A DNA stretch of 64,000 bases from Laetmonice hystrix. Taxonomy: Eukaryota. Below, piece by piece: positions 38,896 through 50,900 of the stretch (positions are counted from its first letter, which is position 1; each line of letters starts with the position of its first letter). The position numbers and the translations under genes are program-made. A model generated the notes under the pieces. The model did not search any database, had not been told where the DNA came from, and was given only the letters and a program-made list of their open reading frames with translations. The stretch spans positions 24,058,001-24,122,000 of the forward strand of contig OZ249436.1 in NCBI GenBank assembly GCA_965235115.1, in the 5' to 3' direction.

Positions 38896-39546
38896 CATAA
38901 TGGGGGCGTGTGGTACAAATTTACGATAAATAGGTCAAAATGTCTAAAAATAGGGCCATTTTAAAAACTGCATGTCAAAAATTACAATGCTGGACCAGGC
39001 GTCCTCGGCAGAGTTGGTTCCGCTGTGTCTGGAACACTCTTTACTTGACTTAGAGCTTCTACAATTTGCATAGTTTTTCACTGATATTTAGGGCATCATG
39101 ATATGGTTAATAGCATTTTGTGGTGAAAATTTCAGGCAGATAGGCTAAAAACTCTTTATGTGGAAACAAATGAAACATCACATGTTGAAAAATGCAATGC
39201 CAGAGAGCCATGTAAGTGTCACCTACCTATTTCAGTTGAAAAGGTGATCGATGTGACCCCCATCTTGTTTACTGTTCACACACAGCCCTTAACTTCTCTT
39301 TTTGAATATCCTGATTGATTTCATGACGTCTTCTAGAGTAATTCCCTCCCACTTTTCCCTGAATTTTCTCCTTTAGTTCATTCTCGGTGAATTTTTGTTT
39401 GGGACCTTTTTCAGAGAGGGAATCCCAAATGGTGTAATCCATGGGGTTTTAGTCGGGACCGGCCACCAGTTTTTGGCAGGGGGCATTTCGTACATTTGAC
39501 GTCACGTCATTCAGACACTTTTTAAAAAATGGCCCTATTTCTAGAC

Positions 39547-41451
39547 CAGGGATGCCAGTTAGGTGTGTCTCAAAAATCGGAAAAATGATTTGCTTTGGGA
39601 GGGTGAACACATGGACGGCGAAGCCGTCTATTGCAAGCGCCGTAGGCGCGCAGCCCCTGGCGGGGGGTTTGGGGGCCCCCCCCCCCCCAGAAAAATTTGA
39701 GAATTTGAAGCCTAAAATAAGCGATCCTGGTGCTTTCCCACTGAAAACTAGACGGTCAAATATCGGGTGGATAAAAAAAAACGCCCCGAAATTTAAACTC
39801 CAATATTTCAAAAAGTATTGATTGTAATTCAATGAAATTTTTCTTACTATCACTTCATGATGTTGTCGCTTAGTTGTTAATGTTACAACTCAATAACTTG
39901 GATAGTATTTCCGTAGCGCTAATAACAAAAATCATTGTACAAAAGCGCAATGCCGGGCTAAAGCGAGTGGTAGTCGCACCAGAGTCCCTGGCCTCACACT
40001 AGAGTAGGTGGTCAATAGGTCCCCCGTGTTCACTTCATACTGCTCTCAGTCTCTTTTTACATGCGCCAATGCACTTCCTGATCTCTGATCTAATTATCTT
40101 CCCATTATTGGGAAATAAGCAGAGTTCTGAACGTGTTGCTAAACGTGATAATGATACGATTTCCCTTAAACTTCTGGTTACAGTCATATATCGTCCTAAT
40201 GTTGCAGTTTCTCTGTAGGGTTTGGCAAATTAAACATCTGGGTTTCTCTAGAAGTACTAGGAATAGCACATAATTTATTATATCTAGTGGTTCACAACAT
40301 TATACATATTGTAAACCATGCAAAAACTAAATATTGAAAACTTCTTTACCCAAGGTACAATGCGGTGCATCAAATAGGTGTCAAATTGGACACCTGGCAG
40401 CTGCATGATATTTGACCTAATTCCGGCATTGTGTTTTTAGACACTGATTTTTGTTTTTAGCGCCACGGGATTAATATCAAAGCTATTGAGCTGAAACCTT
40501 AACATACAAGAGATAATATCAAGAAGTTATATTCAGATAAATTTTATTGAATTATAATGGATAGCTTTTGAGATATTAAAGTTTAAAGTTCGGGGCGTTT
40601 TTTTTTATCCACCCGATATATGTCATAATCAAGGAAAACATTTCAGAATTTCTCACACTGGGTGGTCATTTTCACGTTGAGACCAGTGCTGCCTGTCTAG
40701 CAGTAAACCCACAGAAAGGGGGATTCCTGCCCCATTGACCCTAATGACCAATGCTAGTAGTTCCGTAGTGGGTGATCTGATGCCGTACCATGGCGGGAAA
40801 CCAAGCCGAGCCGGCGAGACAGCATGCAGCTGGTGTGGGGAGCACTATAAATTTGAATACAGACTGACGGCTTTTACATGAACCGCCAGTCCTCCCTATT
40901 GTTACTATGCACAACTTGCTGTGTGGAAGGGGTGGGTGTTTACCTATTTCAACAGCCACCCCACGCTCGGAGCCGCGGAAAACAGTTTATTTCCTGGTCT
41001 TGCCAGAAGTTACGCTTTACTCCTCGTTTCATAATTGGTTTAGATATCTATTTGAAAGTACAAGAGGTTTGTTTCTATGACTGTGACATAATTTCACAAT
41101 GTTCAGTTTATGGAGATTGATAGTGCTATTTGGAGCACGGTAAAAACCCCACGGCGTCTCATGCAAATATTTTACTTCTAGCTTGACATGGGCCAAGGGT
41201 CCCTACTGATTATCAACCAATGAGAGAGCAGATCTTTATTTGGTGCCCAACAAAGGTTCCGATATCGGAAATGTCGGAAGAAATGTAGGAACTCAAGCTG
41301 CATCATGCAGACGGTGAATACAACATCTCATCGGAACGGAATAAACGGGATATGACAGGAAATAAGAGAAATCAAAGGAAACATTAGGAATTCCCCACTA
41401 GCCCCTGAAAAAAACGGATTTCCGATTATTCCAGGAAGACTGGCATCCCTG
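39547..41451. mobile_element. hAT-like non-autonomous element (CAGGGATGCCAGT TIR) with nested insertions
   Basis: CAGGGATGCCAGT / ACTGGCATCCCTG, with CTAGAC on both flanks (6 bp, shorter than the canonical 8-bp hAT TSD). Confidence 0.6.
39763..40616. mobile_element. Tc1/mariner-like non-autonomous element A, compact copy, TA TSD
   Basis: TA|TCGGGTGGATAAAAAAAAACGCCCCGAA ... TTCGGGGCGTTTTTTTTTATCCACCCGA|TA. Confidence 0.85.
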
Positions 41452-42157
41452 CTAGACGTTTTGACCTATGTATCTGAAATTTGTACCACAGGCCCCAAAT
41501 AACCAGATGATATCATGCGCAAAATAATATTATGACATTGGTGGCATGTATTGCTTGCCCCCGGATGGCTCCGTTCCTTTCTTTACTACTAAATAAAGGG
41601 ACGATAATTACTCTTATAAGATGGGGCATTTCTGAATACCTTACAAATAAATAAATAATAAGGCTTACAAAACGTGAAAAACCCACACCCGGGTGACTTC
41701 AAGTTGACTACTTCTCTGGACTCAGAGCGGGGTGGGGTGGGGCCGACTGGGCGGTGTTGGGGGGAGAGGGGCTGGCTACCTCCCTGGACTCAAAAGGGGT
41801 GGGGTGGGGCTGACTGGGCAGTGTGAGGGGGAGGGGGTATCCGGGCTGGCTTGGTAGCTGGGAGAGGGGAACTGGCGGTCACTGGCAGCTGACGTCACGG
41901 CAACAAAAGGTCAAACAGTGCAATAATACAGTGATACAAAACATAGTTGAGCGAGGACTCAGGTTCGTCACACTATCTCTACTCAGAACATGGTAGACAG
42001 GACCCCCCGGGGATGGGATCCATTGTGGTTATTACCACAACTGGTCTAGTTATGTTGGGACGATAATTAAATGAGAAAAAAAATATAGGTAATGATAGAA
42101 AGCCGTTGGGGAAATCGAACCTACATGTATTGCTTGGCAATCAGAGTTTCTAGATAT

Positions 42158-43932
42158 TGAAACGGTCCTGGCATCTGTCAGATACGGTCAGTTGCCTTTT
42201 AGAGCCTCCCAGCGAACTTGCCATTAAGTGTCCGGCAAAAGAATTTTACCTGACTATGTTTGAGTTGGTCCTGATCTTTTGACAGTTTTTATTTTCCGTC
42301 CTTGTCCTTTTTACCTGTAACAGAGTATGCTCTTCTAGTCCAAACTCCATCCAGTGCCCGACGGGCGCCATGTTTGTTTACTATCGAGGGGAAGTATGAA
42401 TCGCAAGGCATGCTTGTTTTGTTTGTTTTTTTGTTTTATGCATTATATTGGCTTCCGAGACAGAGTATGCGCCTGTTTATTTATCTTAGACAAGATTACC
42501 AAGTTTAAAGTTAAAAACAGTTAGCTTTAGGAGTTTTAGTTTCTGGATTTGGTGCCAGCCAATGAGATGCTCACCCAACTTGGAGGGCGCGTCATCAACT
42601 TGGCTCGGTGCCAACGCACGTGGCCCAGGCCGCGTGGTCCTGGCGCCTATATAAGGGGGCCACAACAAGCCCCGGGAGGGAGACACTTACAAACCCCTCA
42701 CAACTCAACAACTCACTACCATACTCACTCTACTGCCAACGACCACGTACCCTACCAACAAACCCGACTGAGTGCGGACCCAGCCCCGGTGTCGCGGTCT
42801 GTTTTCTCCGCGGTCTGAAATCTCCGGGAGGTTGGCTGCAGAGTCGCGTATATTTCTATCGTTCTCGGTAAACTATCCGAGATATCAGGCCAGGATGAAG
42901 TCTCAAGTAATAACCCTTTTCTCCTCCGTCAGTTTTGGTCCGCAATTTGCCTATCCAGGCTGTCGTTTATTACTGTTTGGAAGAAAACTCTACCGCCTAT
43001 CAGCTAGCAGACGACCGGAGGTGTGAGCTCAAACTGCGACACGCACGTGCTCACTTGGTTAAGTTTGGCCTCTAAACAATAGGAAACCCTGCACCCGGAG
43101 ATTACAGACCGGCGGAGAAAACAGACCGCGACACCGGCTGAGCGCTCACCCCACAACCGACCTACCAACCCGCGTGCTACAATACCCTGCTACTATAGGC
43201 CTAACACAATTACCAACTAAACAACAGGTACGAGTATATTTTCTTTGCCATGTCTTGCAAACCGCGACCTTTGGTCGCAAGATTTAGGGAACATTTGGAG
43301 ATGATGGTTCGGACTAGGGCCAGTGACGATTAAGTTATAGGGTAGAATATATGGTATAACCACGTCGGGTATAACATTAGTCTGATTAGACGGCGTCTGG
43401 TATAATTGAACATTTTAAGCTCTGAGTAAGTGATCTCGTTTGATGACTCGTTGGATTTCAACTGATTTTAAGTTTAACGACCGTTTGTACAGGCACCGAG
43501 ATGACGCTGTCTGTGGTCAGTAGACCTAGGTATTAAGTTGTGTGTGAGTGGAAGCTGAGAGCGGACGCTCCCCCGCCCAGCGCCCAGTGCAGGGCCGTAC
43601 GTAACCGGGCCACCTGTTAGGGATTAGTGAGGCCCGCGGTGGGCTCGGTGTGTGTGAGTCGAGGGTGCATGTTTAGGCCTGCATGCGGGTTTGCATTTTA
43701 TTGTCTCGTCATGTTTCTGTTCGATTATTTGTTTGATTGTCAATTAAACTGTTTAAATTGTACCACTGTCTCCAAGGTCTCACCCTTAGTGTTAATGCCA
43801 TCCAGTGATCCGAACCCCGTTGTCCCCCGCTTAATTGGCCTTATTCATTAATAGATAGAGTACTAAAATGAACACAACGAGAAGTACGCCCAATATGCCC
43901 CACACCCCTATTCGAGCACGAAAACCGCTACA
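42158..43932 (+). repeat. 5' LTR (contains a MITE insertion)
   Basis: TGAAACGG...CCGCTACA; matches 55929-57361 except for the MITE, a 6-bp indel and a few substitutions; TATA-like CTATATAAG near 42647. Confidence 0.95.
42790..43133. mobile_element. Ginger-like MITE in the 5' LTR, CCGG TSD
   Basis: TGTCGCGGTCTG / CAGACCGCGACA with CCGG duplicated; the 3' LTR has the empty site with a single CCGG. Confidence 0.9.
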
Positions 43933-43936
43933 TTTT

Positions 43937-43956
43937 TGGTGGCCGTGAACCAGGAT
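43937..43956 (+). promoter_or_regulatory. Primer-binding site, tRNA-His-like
   Basis: TGGTGGCCGTGAACCAGGAT just after the LTR resembles TGGTGCCGTGACCAGGAT, the complement of an animal tRNA-His 3' end as I recall it, with two extra bases. Confidence 0.6.
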
Positions 43957-44517
43957 GGCTAATTACACTGGTGAGATCACAACTAATGCTCATTAATTGA
44001 GACTCTATTCCAGCTGGGATACTTAGTTGTACGTTGAAACAGACTCTGACTCAGACTTACTTAGTCTTAGATAACTAGGGAACTGATAACGACCAACTGA
44101 TACAGGAACTAACTGAGTATAGTGAAAACAATAGACAGAAGTAGGCCTAAAGAACAGACGACTATACCATGTATGAGGCTGACATGCATTTGACGACAGT
44201 GCCACTAACTAACTAGCACATTATACACCCAGTCATCAGACATGCACTTAACGACAGTGCCAATAACTAACTATAATATAGCACATTATACGCCCAGTCA
44301 TAACCGTACAGGTTTTCTACTGTTTAACGAGTAACATAGATTATACTTAGAATTAGACGGAGAACAGGAAGGTTGGCTATAACAATAACTTAGTATAACT
44401 GAAAGTTAGAATGAGATGGTGGAAAGCAAGGCTGGATGACTGATTAGAGGGCCCTAAGATTGCGTTATAGTTAGGTTACGGAGTACCATATGACATTGGG
44501 CATAGGACAGGTGGTTG

Positions 44518-46791
44518 ATGGCGACCGCCCAATATCTTGGCTCAGCATTAATCTTAGCAAGTGTAGCTTGGTGGTTTGGTGGAAGTGAGGAGACCTTGAA
44601 GCTAGGGATAGGTTTTGAAAGGCCGAGGAGCAGTGAGGATACAGGAGTTTTTGGGAGTTGGGTTGACAAAGTTGGACTTATTCTTGATGGTCTCATTTTG
44701 CTGGTACTTTGGATAGCTTTTGGCCCAGGTTTGAACTCCTTCAGACAGTGCTGCAGGACCCTTGTTAGAAAGTTTGGTAGAGTGGTAAAATTCATTGTTC
44801 TCTGGGTAATCATGGATGGTCTGAAGTGGGGAATATCTTATGTGCGGAGTTTGTGGTCGGGCTCCGAGACGGACACATCTGACAGTACGGCGGCTAGCAC
44901 TGACGATTCAGGCGGCCAGCCTGGGCTAACCCCCGAGGAAGTGCTGCCACCTGGTGGCTTACACCCACACTATACAGCCAACCTTCCCAGGCGTGCAATT
45001 CATGACTACCGACAGGGGCCGCCCGATTATATTGCTACATGTACTCAGTATGGTGAAAACATTACCAGACCTGTCAATAACGCCCCTAGTGATTTGAGGG
45101 TCCACTGGGCTCCCCATGGCCAGAGGGAGGAGAGGCAGGAATTGTTTGATTCTTCCCGGGGAACACCTCCTAGAGGTATTTTTGGGTCTGCCAACGGTGA
45201 CAATGACAAAGACCACCGATCAGTATGGAACCATTTCCCAGAAGTAAGGGTCAGTGAAGGAAATACCCCTTCTGTAGGTGACAGGTATGAGTTGGGTGTA
45301 AACAGGCCACTACTCCGAGCCCAGAGTTACCCCACCCAGCGACAGCAACCAGATCATTATACCGACAGTCAGGCATACTCTCACAGGGCAGATAGATCTC
45401 CCTACGTTGGCTACCATTCACATGCCACACCCACACGGAATAAATACAATGGGGAAGGGAATCACCCTGCCAACAGCTGTGAATCCTACCACAGCCACGT
45501 GACTAACACTTATACCAGGCCCATGACAGAAAGGTATGCTGGGGATAACCTACACATTGCAGCTGATTTAAGTCGATACCCAGGGACTGGCAACCCTACA
45601 CCATTGGTTGATAGCCATTACCGTAGTCCGGCCTCCCACTGGAACGCTGACAATGACAGGTCAGCATATGACTATGACAGGAGTGTGAATGAGGCTAACA
45701 GGTGGGTCTATGACACTGTCCCAAACGGGCAGGCTGACATTTACAGTAAGTACCCTGACCACAGACCAAACTCACATGTACCTCCCAGCCCACAGGCCCA
45801 GAGATACGCCAGTTATTGTACACCCACACAGGAGTTGTTTGAGACAAGTCCCTACATGAGCTTATCAGGTGCAGGGAATGCCCAAAAACACTGGGGCGAG
45901 CCCCCACCTGCTACAGCCACTAACCAGTTGAGTCCAATACCCCCACAGCCACCATCCCCTGACCTGAGCAGACGGAAGCAGAAGGAGCCCATGAAATACA
46001 ATGGGAAGACTGATTTCGGGGATTATTTAGGGCATTTTTCAGCTATTGCCCACTGGAACCTGTGGACCTATCATGAACAAGGAATGCAGCTGGCATGTAG
46101 CTTAATTGAGGGAGCACGTGAGGTACTGAGTACTGTGCCTAACCATCTTCAATATGATTATGACTGTCTCATAAGTGCGCTGCAAAGGAAGTACAGCCCT
46201 CCTGGCCGTGAGTCACAATTCGCAGTGGAGTTTATGAACCGTATATGTAAACCTGCCGAATCTGTAGCTGAATATGGACATGCCCTTCAGCTGTTGGCAA
46301 AACGAGCGTACCGGGGCACCACCATTGCCGAGCCAGTCATGATAGACATGTACATCAAAGGGCTACCAGAGCTCGCTATGCGGCGCCATGTCCACTCTAC
46401 TAAGCCAGTGACTTTGGCTGAGGCAATTACCAATGCGGTCTCTTACCAGGCTTTTGACAGAAGCCAGGTCACTGTACCGCCACCGAAACCCCAACCTGTG
46501 AGGCACGTGGCTCCCGTGCCAGACGCCGGCCCAACTGAACAACAGGGCAGTTTTCAAAGAACTACCCAGGCAGCCCAACGGGGATACAGCCCACAGTACA
46601 GTGACCCGGGCCCCCGCCAGTTTCAGTCCAGACGCGATCGGTCCACTGTTAAGTGCTACCGTTGCCACCAGTTTGGACATTACTCCAGAGAATGTCCAGA
46701 AAATGTTTATGTAGGCAAACAGAGGTCTGTCCCAACCCAAGCACCCCAGAATGCCCAAGATAGGGGACGGCAAAACCATTTAAACGAATAA
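44518..46791 (+). CDS. gag: Gag with hydrophobic N-terminal extension, capsid domain and CCHC zinc knuckle
   Basis: Capsid-like KEPMKYNGKTDFGDYLGHF...; knuckle CYRCHQFGHYSREC; first ATG at 44518. Confidence 0.9.
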   Translation: MATAQYLGSALILASVAWWFGGSEETLKLGIGFERPRSSEDTGVFGSWVDKVGLILDGLILLVLWIAFGPGLNSFRQCCRTLVRKFGRVVKFIVLWVIMDGLKWGISYVRSLWSGSETDTSDSTAASTDDSGGQPGLTPEEVLPPGGLHPHYTANLPRRAIHDYRQGPPDYIATCTQYGENITRPVNNAPSDLRVHWAPHGQREERQELFDSSRGTPPRGIFGSANGDNDKDHRSVWNHFPEVRVSEGNTPSVGDRYELGVNRPLLRAQSYPTQRQQPDHYTDSQAYSHRADRSPYVGYHSHATPTRNKYNGEGNHPANSCESYHSHVTNTYTRPMTERYAGDNLHIAADLSRYPGTGNPTPLVDSHYRSPASHWNADNDRSAYDYDRSVNEANRWVYDTVPNGQADIYSKYPDHRPNSHVPPSPQAQRYASYCTPTQELFETSPYMSLSGAGNAQKHWGEPPPATATNQLSPIPPQPPSPDLSRRKQKEPMKYNGKTDFGDYLGHFSAIAHWNLWTYHEQGMQLACSLIEGAREVLSTVPNHLQYDYDCLISALQRKYSPPGRESQFAVEFMNRICKPAESVAEYGHALQLLAKRAYRGTTIAEPVMIDMYIKGLPELAMRRHVHSTKPVTLAEAITNAVSYQAFDRSQVTVPPPKPQPVRHVAPVPDAGPTEQQGSFQRTTQAAQRGYSPQYSDPGPRQFQSRRDRSTVKCYRCHQFGHYSRECPENVYVGKQRSVPTQAPQNAQDRGRQNHLNE

Positions 46792-46819
46792 AAGCTGGAT
46801 TCCGGCCCAGGAGTCCAGC
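46779..46819 (+). promoter_or_regulatory. Putative -1 ribosomal frameshift signal between gag and pol
   Basis: Slippery heptamer T TTA AAC (46779-46785) in the gag frame, followed 8 nt later by stem-loop GCTGGATTCC-GGCCCA-GGAGTCCAGC; the -1 frame joins pol once the piggyBac-like insert is removed. Confidence 0.8.
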
Positions 46820-46864
46820 ACAGACTGATTACAGTATAGGGCAAACTAACAACTGTCAGGTTAA

Positions 46865-47975
46865 CCATAGAAATGTACTGGGAGGGAAGACCAACTCTCT
46901 CTTTTTTCGCTTGGGACGCTAGTAGTCTTATGCGTTTGCAGCGCCCTCCAGTGGTTATGAGACCCGTAACGTCATCTGCCTTGGCCCAAGTGTAAACATG
47001 GGAAGGACCGATCGTCTATTGTGTCCCTGGATGCACAAATTATCAAAATAGAGCAGGACGAAAGGCAGGGAGGGTTAATTAATTACTGCAGTAGACTTAT
47101 CTAGCCCGCACAGACAAACATATGCATTTCAAACGACTGACACCGAATTATGCACTCGCGCCAGTTCAAGCGGGCTTGGCCGCAGCCAGGCGCAGGCTTG
47201 GGTCAACCCCCAATAAGAACGGCCCATTAGAAATACTAAATCACAACAATAATTTAAGAATCTATCCAGGCCGGATTTTAGAGTAATCCTCGATCTATAA
47301 ATGTATATGACATTCACATCTGTTACTTAATCTTTTCAAAATTTACCCAAAAAAACTGTCAGATTACGAGGGTACGAAATTGTAACGTCACAAACTTTGC
47401 CGATCTCCGGCTATGACAGTGCTTGGATTGAGAAAGGAGGGACCTTGCCAAACCATTCTAAGTCTATGACATTGTTTGGTTCAATATTCTATCCCTTTAT
47501 ATCACGTTTCGACGTCCTTCCTTGTGTATTTTAGTAGTTAGGTGCGTTTCAACTGCCGAAGCGAAGCGCCGTCCGCCATTTTATTTAGGGCCCGTTATGA
47601 TCACATTCCATTGTGACCCATTGTGACGTAGCCCTATTGTGCATTGTTCCTGACGTCGCTGATTGGGTCTCTCAATCACGGAGTGGACAGGGCCCGATAA
47701 AATCGATTTTTAAAATATCTAAGAGTTTGCTAGGGCACCTAGATTTTTTCCAAGCCTTTGCTGCATTCTGCTCCACTGCCTATACACTTTATCCATAATC
47801 AAGTTGATGTTTAAATCCAAGAGAGTCTAGGCCTAATGTCGCCGTCCTATGCCGAGCGTTGCACCCGAGCACCGGTCTCATAACCACATGGGGGCGCTGC
47901 GAACGACCTAACATATTTGAGCGATAATTGGGGCAGGAAAGAGAGTTAGCCTTCCCTCCAGTACAGTTCTATGGG
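46865..47975. mobile_element. piggyBac-like non-autonomous element, TTAA TSD, interrupting the start of pol
   Basis: CCATAGAAATGTACTGGGAGGGAAG / CTTCCCTCCAGTACAGTTCTATGGG; TTAA at 46861-46864 and 47976-47979; excision restores ...CQVNPIIRNRTNVRSDNRF... Confidence 0.85.
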
Positions 47976-47979
47976 TTAA

Positions 47980-50900
47980 CCCAATAATACGGAACAGGAC
48001 TAATGTGCGTAGCGATAACCGTTTTGTGTGTCAGAATGATGTGATGAGTGGGCGCCAGAATCATCCTGTTAAGTCTCCAACTCCAACTGGTGATAACCAT
48101 CTTGTGGACATTGTGAATCATGTGCCTCGTAGTAGGTGCCGTAATACTAATAGCCCTACCGAGGATAGATATCCCAAAACTAGTGGTGACAGGTGCGTTG
48201 TTGATGCTGTAGAGTCTCAGACTCCAGCTGGTGATACCCATTTAGTGGACAAAGTAAATCAGACTCATAGTGGTAGATGCTGGGATAGCCCTACTGAGGA
48301 CAAATATTTCAAGACTAGTGGTGACAGGTGTTTCAAAACTAGTGGTGACAGGTGCGTTGTTGTTGATGCTGTAGATTCTCAGACTCCAGCTGGTGATACC
48401 CATTTAGTGGACAAAGTAAATCAGACTCATAGTGGTAGGTGCTGGGATAGCCCTACTGAGGACAAATATTTCAAGACTAGTGGTGACAGGTGTTCCAAAA
48501 CTAGTGGTGACAGGTGCGTTGTTGATGCTGTAGAGTCTCAGATTCCAGCTGGTGATACCCATTTAGTGGACAAAGTAAATCAGACTCATAGTGGTAGGTG
48601 CTGGGATAGCCCTACTGAGGACAAATATTTCAAGACTAGTGGTGACAGGTGTTCCAAAACTAGTGGTGACAGGTGCGTTGTTGTTGATGCTGTAGAGTCT
48701 CAAACTCCAGCTGGCGATACCCATTTAGTGGACAGAGTAACTCAGACTCATAGTGGTAGGTGCTGGGATAGCCCTACTGAGGACAAATATTTCAAGACTA
48801 GTGGTGACAGGTATTCCAAAACTAGTGGTGACAGGTGCGTTGTTGATGCTGTAGAGTCTCAGATTCCAGCTGGTGATACCCATTTAGTGGACAAAGTAAA
48901 TCAGACTCATAGTGGTAGATGCTGGGATAGCCCTACTGAGGACAAATATTTCAAGACTAGTGGTGACAGGTGTTTCAAAACTAGTGGTGACAGGTGCGTT
49001 GTTGTTGATGCTGTAGATTCTCAGACTCCAGCTGGTGATACCCATTTAGTGGACAAAGTAAATCAGACTCATAGTGGTAGGTGCTGGGATAGCCCTACTG
49101 AGGACAAATATTTCAAGACTAGTGGTGACAGGTGTTCCAAAACTAGTGGTGACAGGTGCGTTGTTGATGCTGTAGAGTCTCAGATTCCAGCTGGTGATAC
49201 CCATTTAGTGGACAGAGTAACTCAGACTCATAGTGGTAGGTGCTGGGATAGCCCTACTGAGGACAAATATTTCAAGACTAGTGGTGACAGGTGTTCCAAA
49301 ACTAGTGGTGACAGGTGCGTTGTTGATGCTGTAGAGTCTCAGATTCCAGCTGGTGATACCCATTTAGTGGACAAAGTAAATCAGACTCATAGTGGTAGGT
49401 GCTGGGATAGCCCTACTGAGGACAAATATTTCAAGACTACTGGTGACAGGTGTTCCAAAACTAGTGGTGACAGGTGCGTTGTTGATGCTGTAGAGTCTCA
49501 GATTCCAGCTGGTGATACCCATTTAGTGGACAAAGTAAATCAGGCTCATAGTGGTAGGTGCTGGGATAGCCCTACTGAGGACAAATATTTCAAGACTAGT
49601 GGTGACAGGTGTTCCAAAACTAGTGGTGACAGGTGCGTTGTTGTTGATGCTGTAGATTCTCAGACTCCAGCTGGTGATACCCATTTAGTGGACAGAGTGG
49701 GTCATGGTAATAGTGATAGGTGCCGTGATAGCCCCACTCAGGACAGATATCTCAGAAATCGTGGTGACAGGTGTTTCACAACTAGTGAAGGCACATGTTT
49801 GAAAACTGGTAGTGACTGGAGCAGTGGTGAAATTGTTGAGTGTCAGCCTGCAGTCGACTGTGAATCTTATGTTGAACCACCATGTTGGGAGGAGGCTAAC
49901 TGGGACCCAACAGATGGAACCCATGACAATTCTACTAATGACAGATGTTGTCACACAAACCATGACACGGCTGTCGATAACTGTGGTAGGCTGAACGATG
50001 ATGGGCAAGCCACTGCTGGTTTGACAGTCCAGGATGAGGACAAGGAGCTCTATGATATTGATGGTTCAGTAGACGATAGAGAACAGGAAAGACTAGATGA
50101 TGGGGAGAGTTATGTCAGGACGCTGAGTGATGACAGCTGGTATGTGCATGGAACAGTAGGTGACAAAACCATTGAATGGTTAATAGATTCAGGCGCAGGG
50201 CCGAACCTACTTGATATTGGGGTGTATAATACTTTGGACTCACGAACCCGCCCACCTTTGATGGAATGTGCGACAAATTTACTGGCTGCTAATGGGACCA
50301 GGCTTAAGGTTTATGGACAGATTGGTGTAGAAGTGAAGTTCGGCACAATGTACTTTGACATCCCAGTGGTGATAGTTAACTTAGGAGGATTACAAGGTAT
50401 CTTGGGTAATCGATTTATCCGCTCTGCTGAGGAGGTGACATTCGACCTTCGAAGGGGAACAATGACTATAGGTGACCATATAGAGAATTTACATGAGAGA
50501 GCAGGTGATCACAGCTGCTACATTAGGTTAGAACAGTCAGTGGAAGTGCCAGGCAATCACGAGATCCAGGTGGTGGGAAGAGTCGGTCAAAACTGGCCGC
50601 TTGCCACCCACAACAGAGGGTTGATAGAGGCTACGAGTGATTTCAAACACAGGACTGGCCTGATAATTCCAAAATCGTTGGTGAGAGTGAGACATGGGAT
50701 GGTCATGGTTACTTTGTCTAACTTTCATGACACTAGTGTTCATGTAAAGGAGGGCATGGTTGTGGGCACACTGTCACAAGTTGAATGTGTGAGACGCATT
50801 TCCTCTGAAAAGGTCAATATCAAAACAACTAGGTCGGTTGGTGATCTACCTGAACATCTGCAGCACTTGATAGATGTAAACAAATTGACAGCAGAACAGA

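Noticed and set aside
42095..42150. tRNA-gene targeting by the Gypsy element
   Set aside because: Only a B-box-like GGTTCGATT on the minus strand is present; one degenerate site cannot support a targeting claim.
48070..49815. CRISPR-like array
   Set aside because: The units are contiguous near-identical coding repeats without unique spacers, there are no cas genes, and the context is a eukaryotic retrotransposon.
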